A DNA stretch of 64,000 bases from Paraspadella gotoi (GCA_051294375.1 CM119265.1:6209489-6273488); one strand, 5' to 3'. Counted from the stretch's first letter, positions 8,594-19,300 are shown. Numbers and translations: made by a program. Notes: generated by a model not told the origin, from the letters alone.

Positions 8594-10770
8594 GTTTTTT
8601 CTTCTTGTTTGACTCACATCATCAAAGGCGCCAGAACTCGTGGTGCCCAACGTCGCGATGACGCTCATGGGCGTCAACCCGTCGCGGACGTCGGCTTCCA
8701 TTTGCGTCCGCAACGCGTCGCCCGTCATCCGACAGTTTCCGTCGTGCGCCACCTTTCGAATTCGTGACCCCTGGTGGGAAAAGAAGACGGAGAAAATGAA
8801 ATGACTTGATATCTCATTTAATTCTCTCAGACGAACCAGCCATCAATCCAGCCCTTTCCACGGAGTTGTGCGCTTGATCTGAGCAGTTACAGCGCCATTC
8901 GCGTGGATGGCGTCCCGTTTGCTTGAAAGTCGGCTTAGCAGCGAGCGTGACCATTAAGACTGATCAGAGGCCGAACCTGTACATTTATGAAATTGGTACA
9001 ACCAATATAAAAATTATCCATTCATTTAATAAATAAGCTATCTTGTCCCTGACTTTGACAGGCTTTGGTGGTTTAGGCCTCCATCACACTTACAAGATAA
9101 TAACATAGCAGGTTTCTGCAAGCTTTCAATCAAGACTCTTTCACAGTCTCATTTATTCACTCCCAGTGAACTGCTTCCCTATCAATGAATGTGTATAATA
9201 TTCAAAGAATGTTTCAATTGTATGAAAAGACCACTCCCTTAAGTATTAGATCGGGGAATACTATATTGTACTCCGCACTAGCATCAAAATACAAGGAGCT
9301 GAATTTTATGAAATTGGTACAACCAATATAAAAATTATCCATTCATTTAATAAATAAGCTATCTTGTCCCTGACTTTGGACAGGCTTTGGTGGTTTAAGG
9401 GCCTCCATCACACTTACAAGATAATAACATAGCAGGTTTCTGCAAGCTTTCAATCAAGACTCTTTCACAGTCTCATTTATTCACTCCCAGTAAACCTGGC
9501 TTCCCTATCAATGAAGTGGTATAATATTTCAAAGAATGTTTCAATTGTATGAAAAGACCACTCCCTTAGTATTAGATCGGGGAATACTATTATTGTTACT
9601 CCGCACTAGCATCAAAATACAAGGAGCTGAATTTTATGAAATTGGTACAACCAATATAAAAATTATCCATTCATTTAATAAATAAGCTATCTTGTCCCTG
9701 ACTTATAATACATTATAATACTTATAATACATCAAATATTTATATATGTACAATTGTACATAACACAACCATATTTTTTTACAATTTCCATCATTTTTGG
9801 AGAAAAGACGCACGTACTTGTGCGTTTTAATACATAACTATGCATGCTGCAGCTTCCAAAGATTCTTGGCAAGAAATGACCTGAATTACTCCTCCTCCTC
9901 TTGAATCGAATCCAGATTCTTCCCTAAACATAAACTCCTTCGGAAGTCCGAGCATCTTCGCCAACCAGTTCATCATTCTCATTTCCACCTCCGTGCACGC
10001 CGGACTCGCGATCTAATATCGGACCAGTAAAGATTGAATTATTTGATATCCGACTTTGCCCCTGACAGCGCTAATCGCCTGAAGCAAGTTTTTCTCTTTA
10101 TTTAGGACAATGACGTAATAATATTTTCTTTTTTGGATTCTTGTCTCTCATTGCCATATCCAAGCAAACTTATAAACTTGACATTACCCAAGTAAATCCC
10201 AGACATCCCAAAACGCCGCTTAACATGTCGGCTAGAACGGACGGGTAGGCGTTGCCGGTTGGAAAGTAGGCGTGAAAGTTGGGGTGTTGCCACTGCGTCA
10301 CTCCAGGAATCACAATCTTCTCGACGTCTGAGAGCACAGACTCCAAAGATTCGCCCGACTTNNNNNNNNNNNNNNNNNNNNNNNNNNNNNNNNNNNNNNN
10401 NNNNNNNNNNNNNNNNNNNNNNNNNNNNNNNNNNNNNNNNNNNNNNNNNNNNNNNNNNNNNNNNNNNNNNNNNNNNNNNNNNNNNNNNNNNNNNNNNNNN
10501 NNNNNNNNNNNNNNNNNNNNNNNNNNNNNNNNNNNNNNNNNAAAAAACAAACAAAAAAACAAGCATACTATATATAAACTACTTTATCAAATTCAATTTA
10601 CATTTAATTTAAACTTATAAACTCACATTGGGCGGATCGTCGGGCAACATTTTAAATATATCGCCGGGTCGGACATCGGGCAAGACCGGCCGACTCTCTA
10701 TGGACTCGACGTAGTCGGCGAGAAAGTCGACCATCCTCTTTCCCGTCTCCCGGAATTCCTCGGCGTCCAT
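6926..10770 (-). CDS. DDC: Aromatic-L-amino-acid decarboxylase family protein (group II PLP-dependent; DDC/TDC/HDC-like), 9 coding exons, about 500 aa; possible aromatic aldehyde synthase
   Basis: Manual splicing gives [20 protein letters not shown]...[16 protein letters not shown]...GFTW|[10 protein letters not shown]...GGGVIQ|GSAS...[12 protein letters not shown]...[13 protein letters not shown]|...[19 protein letters not shown]...DSFNFNPTK|W...[20 protein letters not shown]...LGLVCFRFK...FVLRFVV...stop. All hallmark family motifs are in order with GT-AG introns. Exons: 10770-10627, 10358-10188, 10012-9881, about 8976-8837, 8770-8618, 8405-8256, 8049-7810, 7564-7415, 7147-6926. The symbol denotes the family; strict DDC orthology is not established. 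Confidence 0.95.
7415..7564 (-). CDS. DDC: AADC-family gene exon 8 ([50 protein letters not shown])
   Basis: Pyrimidine tract plus TCAG acceptor; GTGAAT donor at 7414; 150 nt; LGLVCFR motif. Confidence 0.92.
7810..8049 (-). CDS. DDC: AADC-family gene exon 7 ([15 protein letters not shown]...[10 protein letters not shown]...[36 protein letters not shown])
   Basis: CCAG acceptor; GTAAGC donor at 7809; 240 nt; [11 protein letters not shown] motif; within ORF 7744..8067. Confidence 0.94.
8256..8405 (-). CDS. DDC: AADC-family gene exon 6 ([50 protein letters not shown]), contains the PLP-binding Lys
   Basis: [10 protein letters not shown] and DSFNFNPxK motifs; AAG acceptor; GTAAAG donor at 8255; 150 nt. 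Confidence 0.94.
8618..8770 (-). CDS. DDC: AADC-family gene exon 5 ([51 protein letters not shown])
   Basis: CCAG acceptor; GTGAGT donor at 8617; ATLGTT..AFD motif; overlaps ORF 8510..8752. Confidence 0.92.
8837..8976 (-). CDS. DDC: AADC-family gene exon 4 ([14 protein letters not shown]...[16 protein letters not shown]), with apparent single-base indels
   Basis: GSAS and [12 protein letters not shown] (His192 equivalent) are recognisable but lie in different frames; ACAG acceptor at 8977; probable GTTCGT donor at 8836. Boundaries uncertain by about 1 nt. Confidence 0.8.
8985..9703 (-). mobile_element. Tandem array (about 2.2 x 325 bp) of a dispersed repeat in AADC intron 3; Penelope-like pLTR or retrozyme-like
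   Basis: Unit TTATGAAATTGGTACAACCAATATAAAAATTATCC... starts at 8985, 9306 and 9633, with the third copy cut at about 9703. Dispersed homologues at 4503, 43657, 48638 and 58182. The repeat is seen directly; the class is inferred. Confidence 0.7.
9881..10012 (-). CDS. DDC: AADC-family gene exon 3 ([44 protein letters not shown])
   Basis: TTAG acceptor; GT donor at 9880; 132 nt; SPACTE and GGGVIQ motifs. Confidence 0.93.
10188..10358 (-). CDS. DDC: AADC-family gene exon 2 ([57 protein letters not shown])
   Basis: AG at 10360-10359 beside an N gap; GTAATG donor at 10187; 171 nt; conserved PGVTxW...AYFP motif. Confidence 0.92.
10627..10770 (-). CDS. DDC: AADC-family gene exon 1 ([48 protein letters not shown])
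   Basis: ATG at 10770; typical DDC N-terminus; GTGAGT donor at 10626; 144 nt. Absent from the ORF track because it is under 60 aa. Confidence 0.93.
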
Positions 10771-11127
10771 TTGTGGGCGTGGCGCGACGTTAGCAGACGA
10801 AAAAGGAAGTAAAATAATTGGGAGAAAAACTTAACGATAAATTGGCGAACAAAGTAAGAATGAATTTTTTTTTTCCGTCACGAGAATTATTTTGGAAGAG
10901 GGCTTTTTTTAGGATTCTAATCGAACCTTTTAAGTTTGAATCGATATCTTCTGATACGAGTTGAGGCGATACCCAGTTTGAAGTGACCCAGACCCTCGTG
11001 AAGGGGAAAACTCCACCCTTTCTCGGGATAATTCAATTTGTTGTGAGTAAAGTTGTTGTTGTTATTGCCTTTTTCTTTAAAAGAGACTTCTCATGTCAAT
11101 CTATATATAAACAATCCATGTGAAGTA

Positions 11128-11462
11128 TTTTTAGTTGCGCCGCGAGTACTTGCACAGTAACTCTATAAGTCACTTTTCGGTCGGTCGGTCTGTCGGTCGG
11201 TCTGTCGGTTTGTCCCACTTATGTTAAAAATGTTCATAACTTGCATATAGTTGGTTGCTCATTTGTTAAGACAGGAAAAAACCTCAAATCTAAGGGACTG
11301 CTAGCGCCGCCTTCAGGAAATCTTAAAACAATAAAGAATAAAAGAAGATATTCCATGCAATACACGGGCTAAGAAAATTATTATAGTCATGTCATGTCAT
11401 GTCATGTCACGAGAAATAAACGTGATAAGGCCGTCACTGCGGCGCAACAAATTTGTTTTTTA
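11128..11462 (+). mobile_element. Non-autonomous Helentron-associated element (HINE/DINE-1-like)
   Basis: 5' T-run; sub-terminal inverted repeats GTTGCGCCGC (11134-11143) and GCGGCGCAAC (11439-11448); (CGGT/CTGT)n microsatellite near the 5' end; internal (CATGT)n; 3' palindrome AACAAATTTGTT then a T-run. Second copy at 39311. Confidence 0.7.
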
Positions 11463-11941
11463 TTGATTTATTTTTTTCGTACATTTAAGGAATAATAATA
11501 ATAATAATAATAAGGATATATGGCATTCGATTAACCAGACCACCCGAAAGCCCCTTTGCCCCCCAACAACCGGTTGCAACTCAAGACTCTCTTTTCACGT
11601 TTCCTCCTCTTTTTTTTCGTAATTGTTTTGTGGTAATTGGTTCGCGGCAACAGCCAATTGGTTCTGGCGATTGTTCCATTCAATTGTCAATCGGTTTCGG
11701 TGATTCACCCAAAGGCTTTTGTGATCCTCAGACTTCTCACTTTTTGTCGCAGATCCGCGAGACGGGGACGGGGGGCGGGAAGATAGGCGGAAGGGAAGAG
11801 CTCAGCCGTTTGAAGCCACAAAAAACCCGGGGATAAATGGCAACACTCCTTTTTTTTTTCTTGTTTTATGATGAAGGAAACCTTTTTTTTTTCCGCTGAT
11901 GCGTTTAAAGGAGTTTGATCTTCTCATCGATGGTTTTTTTT

Positions 11942-11973
<32 letters not shown>

Positions 11974-12480
11974 TTCTTTTGGTTGAGAGATTTAAGAGCT
12001 TTTATCTCGATACAAAACAATAACGTTTTTGTATATTTTTTAAAAATGTTAATGCCGTTTTTACCCCGGCGGGTCTTTTTTAGTCGTAGCTTTTAAGAAA
12101 AAAGAAGTTGACGGCCTCAACTCTTATCTTTTTCGTTTCGTCGTTTGTTTTGTTTTATTTTGTTTTGTTTTATTTCTTTCCTGACATTTTTGTTTCTCGT
12201 TTTTTATTTAACTTTTAATTTTTTTTTTCCGCATTCTTTTTTGGTGACCTCCTTCCTCTTCTTGTTTTCCGCCCTTTAATCTCTCATAGTCGTTGTCCAT
12301 CGATACTTTTCTTTTCCTCACCCTCCTCACTCCTCCTCGGCTCCTCTCCTCCTCTCTCCTCCATCCTGTCATCGACTCCTCAAAGTCTTTGCGTCTCGTT
12401 TCCTCCATTTTCCCGCTCCGAGCAATCACCCTGAGACCGCCGCCGAGGCCACCATGGCAACGAGATCTCTTCATGCACTT

Positions 12481-14434
12481 CCTTTTTACCCACAACCCAT
12501 TGCGGCAATAGGATTATCTCCCCAGTCAACAAAACTCAAAAGTGAAATAAAAACAACAATTTTCGTACGTGTATTGTCTATGCATACACGGTAAAGTAAA
12601 GGATCCTTCTTCAATCATCACACCCTCCCGAGTTCACTTTCTTCGGCGCCAATATAGCCCTCTTTCCACCTTTAACTTTAATACTCCAGCATCCCAACGA
12701 GATATCCTCCCGCCCACCTGGCATCTTTCGGAACGGCGTCTGCCTTCTTCACATAACCCGCCAAACAGTCGCCACACGGTCAGCGATATAATCGCCCCTT
12801 ATAATCACCGATAAAATCGAGAACATTTACTTATTATACTCTGGTTTTTTTGTGGGAGAGAAAGAAACTTTTTTGGAGTCTGTCTGTTCTCTGAACGTCA
12901 ATGCCGCTTGTCACTTCGCCGCGGAAATGCAAAATTAAGACGTCCACATGATATATATTATATAACATGAGACAATATTCATTAAACACATTTAAAATGT
13001 TAAATGCATTCAGATTATACAATATACGTATTACGTGGCGCGTTTAACTTTCAGTGGTGCCAAATCACATCTGCATCCTTACTTAACCTCGATCGATTCA
13101 TCCCTACTCTTAACCAACCCTAGTTTCCTCTAAATTCATACTCGCCTCCTTTCACGCTTCAACTTTCCTCCCACCCCAACTACCCCAACAAATCCCCTCG
13201 CCCAATTTTTCACCTTTTTTTTTCTCCTCTTTTCTCTTTAGAGCGAAATGAGTTTCGGACAGTTCGTTTCCACTCCAGACTTTCACATTGATCTACGAAA
13301 TAACCACGGGGTCGCTCCGCTGGGTCTCACCATCGGCCGTCCATCCCCCAGGCCTCATTCACGTGGAGGTGAGGGGGTGCAAGACGGTTCACAGCGGAGC
13401 TCACCCTGCCCCATTAAGGATGGCCGCTCTGAGAGTTCACATCATCGCCATTGCNNNNNNNNNNNNNNNNNNNNNNNNNCCTTTTACCCACAACCCATTG
13501 CGGCAAAGGATTTCTCCCAGTCAACAAAACTCAAAAGTGAATATAAAAACAAAATTTTCGTACGTGTATTGTCTATGCATACACGTAAGTAAAGGATTCC
13601 TTCTTCAAAGTCATCACCCTCCCGAGTCACTTCTTCGGCCGCCAATATTAGCCCTCTTTCCCACCTTTTAACTTTATACTCCAGCATCCCAAACCGATAT
13701 CCTCCCGCCCACCTGGCATCTTTCGAACCGGCGTCTGCCTTCTTTCACACCCGCCAAACAGTCGCCAAGGTCAGCGATATATCGCCCCTTATATCACCGA
13801 TAAAATCGAGACATTTACTTTTATACTTTTTTTTGTGGGAGAAGAAAAACTTTTTTGGAGTCTGTCTGTTCTCTGAACGTCAATCCGCTTTGTCACTTCG
13901 CCCGCGGGAAATGCAAAAATTAAACGTCAAATATATATATATAAACATGAGACACATATTCATTTAAACATTTAAAATTTAAATGCATTCAGATTATACA
14001 ATATACGTATTACGTGGCCGTTTAACTTTCAGTGTGCCAAATCCATCTGCATCCTTACTTAACCCTCGATCGATTTCATCCCTACTCTTAACCAACCCTA
14101 GTTNNNNNNNNNNNNNNNNNNNNNNNNNNNNNNNNNNNNNNNNNNNNNNNNNNNNNNNNNNNNNNNNNNNNNNNNNNNNNNNNNNNNNNNNNNNNNNNNN
14201 NNNNNNNNNNNNNNNNNNNNNNNNNNNNNNNNNNNNNNNNNNNNNNNNNNNNNNNNNNNNNNNNNNNNNNNNNNNNNNNNNNNNNNNNNNNNNNNNNNNN
14301 NNNNNNNNNNNNNNNNNNNNNNNNNNNNNNNNNNNNNNNNNNNNNNNNNNNNNNNNNNNNNGCAAGACGGTTCACACGCGGGCTCACCCTAGCCCCATTA
14401 AGGATGGCCCTTGAGAGTTCACATCATCGCCATT
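12481..14434. repeat. About 975-bp direct duplication around a 25-N gap (12481-13454 vs 13480-14434), probable gap-overfill artefact
   Basis: Both copies start CCTTTT(T)ACCCACAACCCATTGCGGCAA and end CACATCATCGCCATTGC; differences are mostly single-base indels. Confidence 0.85.
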
Positions 14435-16057
14435 GCCGAGTGCCATTTAGCGTGACTCCTAGAGCTTTGGGCGAGGTGTTGCTTATTTTCCTTCGAGGAA
14501 AGTATCTTCTTTACAATTATTTCCGGCTACACAGTTTAATTAAAACAACTTTATTGTCTTAACAATTAACCAACAGTTCCAAACAATAATACAAAAACAT
14601 TTGCATGACCCTACGCCCCACTAAATGCCCAGTGCCCACTTTGCTCCAGTTCAGTTAACGAACGCCCCGTCGCAGCCTTTATTCCGCCCCAGCCCTTGCC
14701 GTCGCCATAAAAGGGTCCTCCNNNNNNNNNNNNNNNNNNNNNNNNNNNNNNNNNNNNNNNNNNNNNNNNNNNNNNNNNNNNNNNNNNNNNNNNNNNNNNN
14801 NNNNNNNNNNNNNNNNNNNNNNNNNNNNNNNNNNNNNNNNNNNNNNNNNNNNNNNNNNNNNNNNNNNNNNNNNNNNNNNNNNNNNNNNNNNNNNNNNNNN
14901 NNNNNNNNNNNNNNNNNNNNNNNNNNNNNNNNNNNNNNNNNNNNNNNNNNNNNNNNNNNNNNNNNNNNNNNNNNNNNNNNNNNNNNNNNNNNNNNNNNNN
15001 NNNNNNNNNNNNNNNNNNNGACGATTACGTGCCATTTACCATTTTGTCTCTGCCATTTGTCGCGACGGTTGGCTCCGCCGAATACCATTTAACACTTCAT
15101 ATCGTCTTGGCTTGACATCTGGGATCTCTCTCTCTCTCTCTCTCTCTCTCTNNNNNNNNNNNNNNNNNNNNNNNNNNNNNNNNNNNNNNNNNNNNNNNNN
15201 NNNNNNNNNNNNNNNNNNNNNNNNNNNNNNNNNNNNNNNNNNNNNNNNNNNNNNNNNNNNNNNNNNNNNNNNNNNNNNNNNNNNNNNNNNNNNNNNNNNN
15301 NNNNNNNNNNNNNNNNNNNNNNNNNNNNNNNNNNNNNNNNNNNNNNNNNNNNNNNNNNNNNNNNNNNNNNNNNNNNNNTTCAACATGAGTATTTTTAAAT
15401 AAGATAAGAATAAATTCATAGAAATTCTTTTAAGATAAACAGACAATTACCGATAAAATTAATGGTTTCTTTCGATTTTTCGTTTCTAGTTTAAACTTGG
15501 GATTTCAATATCACAGTTTAAATTTTTGAATGAAATGCATATATTTAATCTAAGTATTAATTCAACTATGAGAAGAGAAAAAACGCCGAAAGGGCCTAAT
15601 CGATTTTATGATTTTCTAAATCAGCAAGATTCGGCAGACCGCACTGCGTCATTCAAAGTTCCATGATTGCTGTTGATGTTGATTTTGTTGGTTTAACGTG
15701 ATTAAAGCGTTTTATTTAAGACAAACGAATCGGCTCATTATTATTTGTACATAGATTTAGATCCAGTTAAGCGCAAATGTTGTTCGGGTTTGTGTCTTCT
15801 TTTCATTCCATTACGGTCGACTTCCGTTCTCCTCATTCCTCAGTCCTCACGTTATCGGTTTTACTTATATACATATTTCTTCCTTGATTTTTTTTATTCT
15901 TTTTTATCGGGACCGATTTCATTTCCCCTGTCGGCGGAAGAAGGAATTAAAATTGAATCTTGCTCCGGTCCCTGGGATGGACGATGGGGAAAGGGAAGGA
16001 ATGGAAAGAAAGAAAAAGAGAGAAAGAGAGAGAGAAAGAGAGAGATAGGATAATAGA

Positions 16058-16128
<71 letters not shown>

Positions 16129-16959
16129 AAAAGAGAGAGAGAGAGATAGGATGATAGAAAGAGAAAAGAAAGAAAGGGAAAAAAGAAAGAAAGAAAAAAT
16201 AAAGAAAGAAAGAAAGAAAGAACAGAGAGAGAGAGATATAGAAAAAACCGAGAGAGAGAGAGATAAGTAAAAACAGAGAGAGAGAGAGAACAGAACAAGA
16301 CGAGAGAGAGAAGAGAGAAGCAAAAACTAGATGGAGAGAGAGAGAAAGGAAAGAGACAGCGAGAGAGAGAGGAACGAAAAACAGAGAGAGAGTGTGAAAG
16401 TGATAAAAGAGAGAGAGAGGAGACGAATGAAAAAAGAGAGAGAGAGAGAAAAAGGAAAAAATGTAGAGAGGAGAGAAAAGAAAAAAAAGAGCAGAGAAAG
16501 AAAAAGCAAGAGAGAAAAAAAAACTAGCAGAAAGAGAAAAAAGATTCCAAGCGCGGCCTTGCAGTATCTCACTCCGAATTCACGAAGAGGGTCAGCGGAG
16601 AACTGAGAAAAATCAAAGAAAAAGGCGACTATGTAATACGTACTATGAATATGTAGATAAAAGCTAAAATAAATAAAATAAATGCAAACTTTTTCTTTCT
16701 TTGGCGAAAGTTCTTTCTTTTCGTTGTGTTTTTAGATACCAGGAAAATGGAAGACAAAGAATTTTCAAGCAACGGATTTGATTTTGTCCCTGTCATTGAA
16801 TAAAATCAGAATCGTTATTGAAAAAGAAATACGTCTTCATTTTCCTGGTTAACCTTTTTCTTGCTTATACTATGATGCTTAATTTGCATATAACAAAGGC
16901 CCGATCAAGAAGAAAAATTGTCAGTTTTCCCAGTTTGACTAAAGTAAACGCTAAGAAGA

Positions 16960-19300
16960 AGTGCTGGGAGAGAGAGAAACGTAAGCTCGAGGCATTTGAG
17001 TGTCCCCAACTGCGATGTCGATGTCCACAAAGTCGAGAATGATCACGGAACGCGGGCCGTCAAACCCTGCCAATTGCAGACGAGTCTAGTTGACAGGCCA
17101 CGCCTCCGCGACGCATGCAAACGTAGGGGAAGGCTGCGGCGCCTGGAAAGGCTGTCTGAACGCTGTAGAAAGATAAGGAGAAAAGTAGTAATCTTAATCG
17201 AAAACGATCAGCTAGAACTTACGACAGAAAGTCGGATCGCGTTGAAACTCCTCGTGCGCAAACCCTCGTTCAATTTCTGCGAAGAGCTGCGTGTAAAAGA
17301 ATCTTAGGTGGGAAGCCCTTTAGATATGCAGACTCACGGCAGCGGGCATGATGTAAATCCGGGACGTCGCAAGCTAATGAGATATTGAGGTATTAATCTT
17401 CGGAGGGCTAATGAAAATTGGTTACCATTCCGTTCCGCAATTACCGCATTTCCCACCGGTTCGGCTATTGAATGAAGAGATGCCGCCCTAAGTGTTTGTC
17501 CAGCAAGAAGGTTGCATGTTGCGAGACTGCGGTAAAAGCTGGCCGCTTCGAGCGTGATCGGGGTAAGGAGGAACGAAGCTCTCGTCCGGCGACTCGGTAA
17601 ATCTTCCGAAGTGCTGGAAAACGCCGAACGGGCGCGAATTGGCCGGCCCTCCAAGACCGGCAAGCCGTTTTGTTTAGCCCCAGGTCTCGGAAGATACAAC
17701 GCAATTCCAAACTGGAGGGAGTATGATGATGGGGTTGACGCTGCAACGCGTCTGCGACTTCCGATGCCCGAACGTCTTGCAAGCGTCTGTCTTTGCAGCG
17801 CTCGAGCGCTTCAGCAATCGGCACGTATTTGAATACTTGCAAGAAGGGAATTTTTTGAAAAGAATTGTAAAAAATGCGAAACAAGTTCTTGGCCGTTAAG
17901 GCATCTCATTTCTCCCAGGCGACAGACCGGCAAATCCGGAGGAGCAAGTGGAATAGAGGCGTATCTGTGACTCCTGCCTGGTCTAAACGTTTGGCGCGGA
18001 AGCCGTAATCTGAAAAACGTGTAGGAAGCAGATGATTACTAATATTTTTTTGGAAATATATTACAGTGGTTGTGAAATAAAACAATTCATATAGCTTCGT
18101 GGCAACTTTCTTAAGGGTCGAGATCGTGCGAGACTCCAAAAGGGTTTCTTCCAAGCATCTGCGAAATTAGAAATAATGGCTTGAGGCTGCCCAGAGAAAA
18201 AACAAGGCGAAAGACATACGCGGTTGACATCCGCGGATTCGCCCGCTCGCTGAAGGTTCATGCGATTGGTAAGGGATTTTCTCCTGAAATTAATCGCAGG
18301 AAATCAAGTAATTTTAAGATAGAATTCACCTTGTCAATGAGATTTTTGGGAGACGTAATAGAAAAGAGGCAAAACGCGCGGCGCTGGCGTCGAAGCTCAT
18401 CCGCTCGTCGCACATGACGGCTCGTTTGTCCTGCGCCAAATTAAAACGGAATCTAATATGTGATCCAATGCTCTCTCGCTCATTGTTAACAGAGGAGCGC
18501 AGACGAAAACGAACCGCTGCATACTCTTCGGGCGACAACATGCGACCGTTGTTCAAGCCTATCTTTGACCACGCGACCTTCTTCCAAAAGCCTTTTGGTA
18601 TTTCTCGCTGCTTTTTTCGTCGCCGTCGAAAATGGCGGTTATCCAACAATGAATGGCTAAAANNNNNNNNNNNNNNNNNNNNNNNNNCCGTGGAAGTCTT
18701 CGTCTTCATCGTTCCCTTTTGTGGTCGATTGTCCTATTCTGTGTCCTTTCATCAGTATCATGTCAATAACCACATCAAGCTCCCTTTTCAATGTACGTTT
18801 CCAAAAAAAATTGTCACTTAAAGTCCAAAAGCTCAAAATTTCTCTCAAAAGTTGTTGATATTGTGGGTTCAATGACCAGCGTATGACATACGCTGTATGT
18901 ATGGTCCGTATGCGAATGACAGCGTCCGTACAGCTGATCCTGTTTGTCCGGATGATCTAGTTCGCGGGTTTAACCATTTTAATCGGCTTATTTCCCTCTC
19001 AGTAAACAAACGCCTCTGTCGATGATAACAACAACGATAACAACAAAAACAACAACGGTTATTGCACCTCTTCATCTTCTCGCAACGTTGTTTTGTTATC
19101 CAAGGATATCCTGTTCCCTCCGCTGTCAAATTTCCTCAACAAACTCGACCCATCATCTCCGAATTTCTTCTTCGCTCAGAATTTTTTTCCAAACGCGCGG
19201 GATCTCGAATTCCCTAGAAGCAGTAAATGATTCTCTCTGTATTTTTTTTTGTCCCGGAAAACAATCGTTGCCAGGCAACGATCCATATTATTTTACAACG
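16960..19300 (-). pseudogene. Putative spliced gene or pseudogene of unknown product, reading frame interrupted
   Basis: Microsatellite-free, higher-GC block with short canonical minus-strand introns (17222-17163 GTAAGT..TTTCTACAG; 17337-17287 GTGAGT..CGCAG; 18219-18159 GTATGT..CGCAG; 18329-18284 GTGAAT..TTTCAG) between ORF segments of 80-140 aa. No recognisable domain; frames do not join cleanly. Confidence 0.4.

Noticed and set aside
8985-9703. Regularly spaced repeats as a possible CRISPR array
   Set aside because: Whole 325-bp units are repeated with no unique spacers; eukaryotic intron context; no cas genes.
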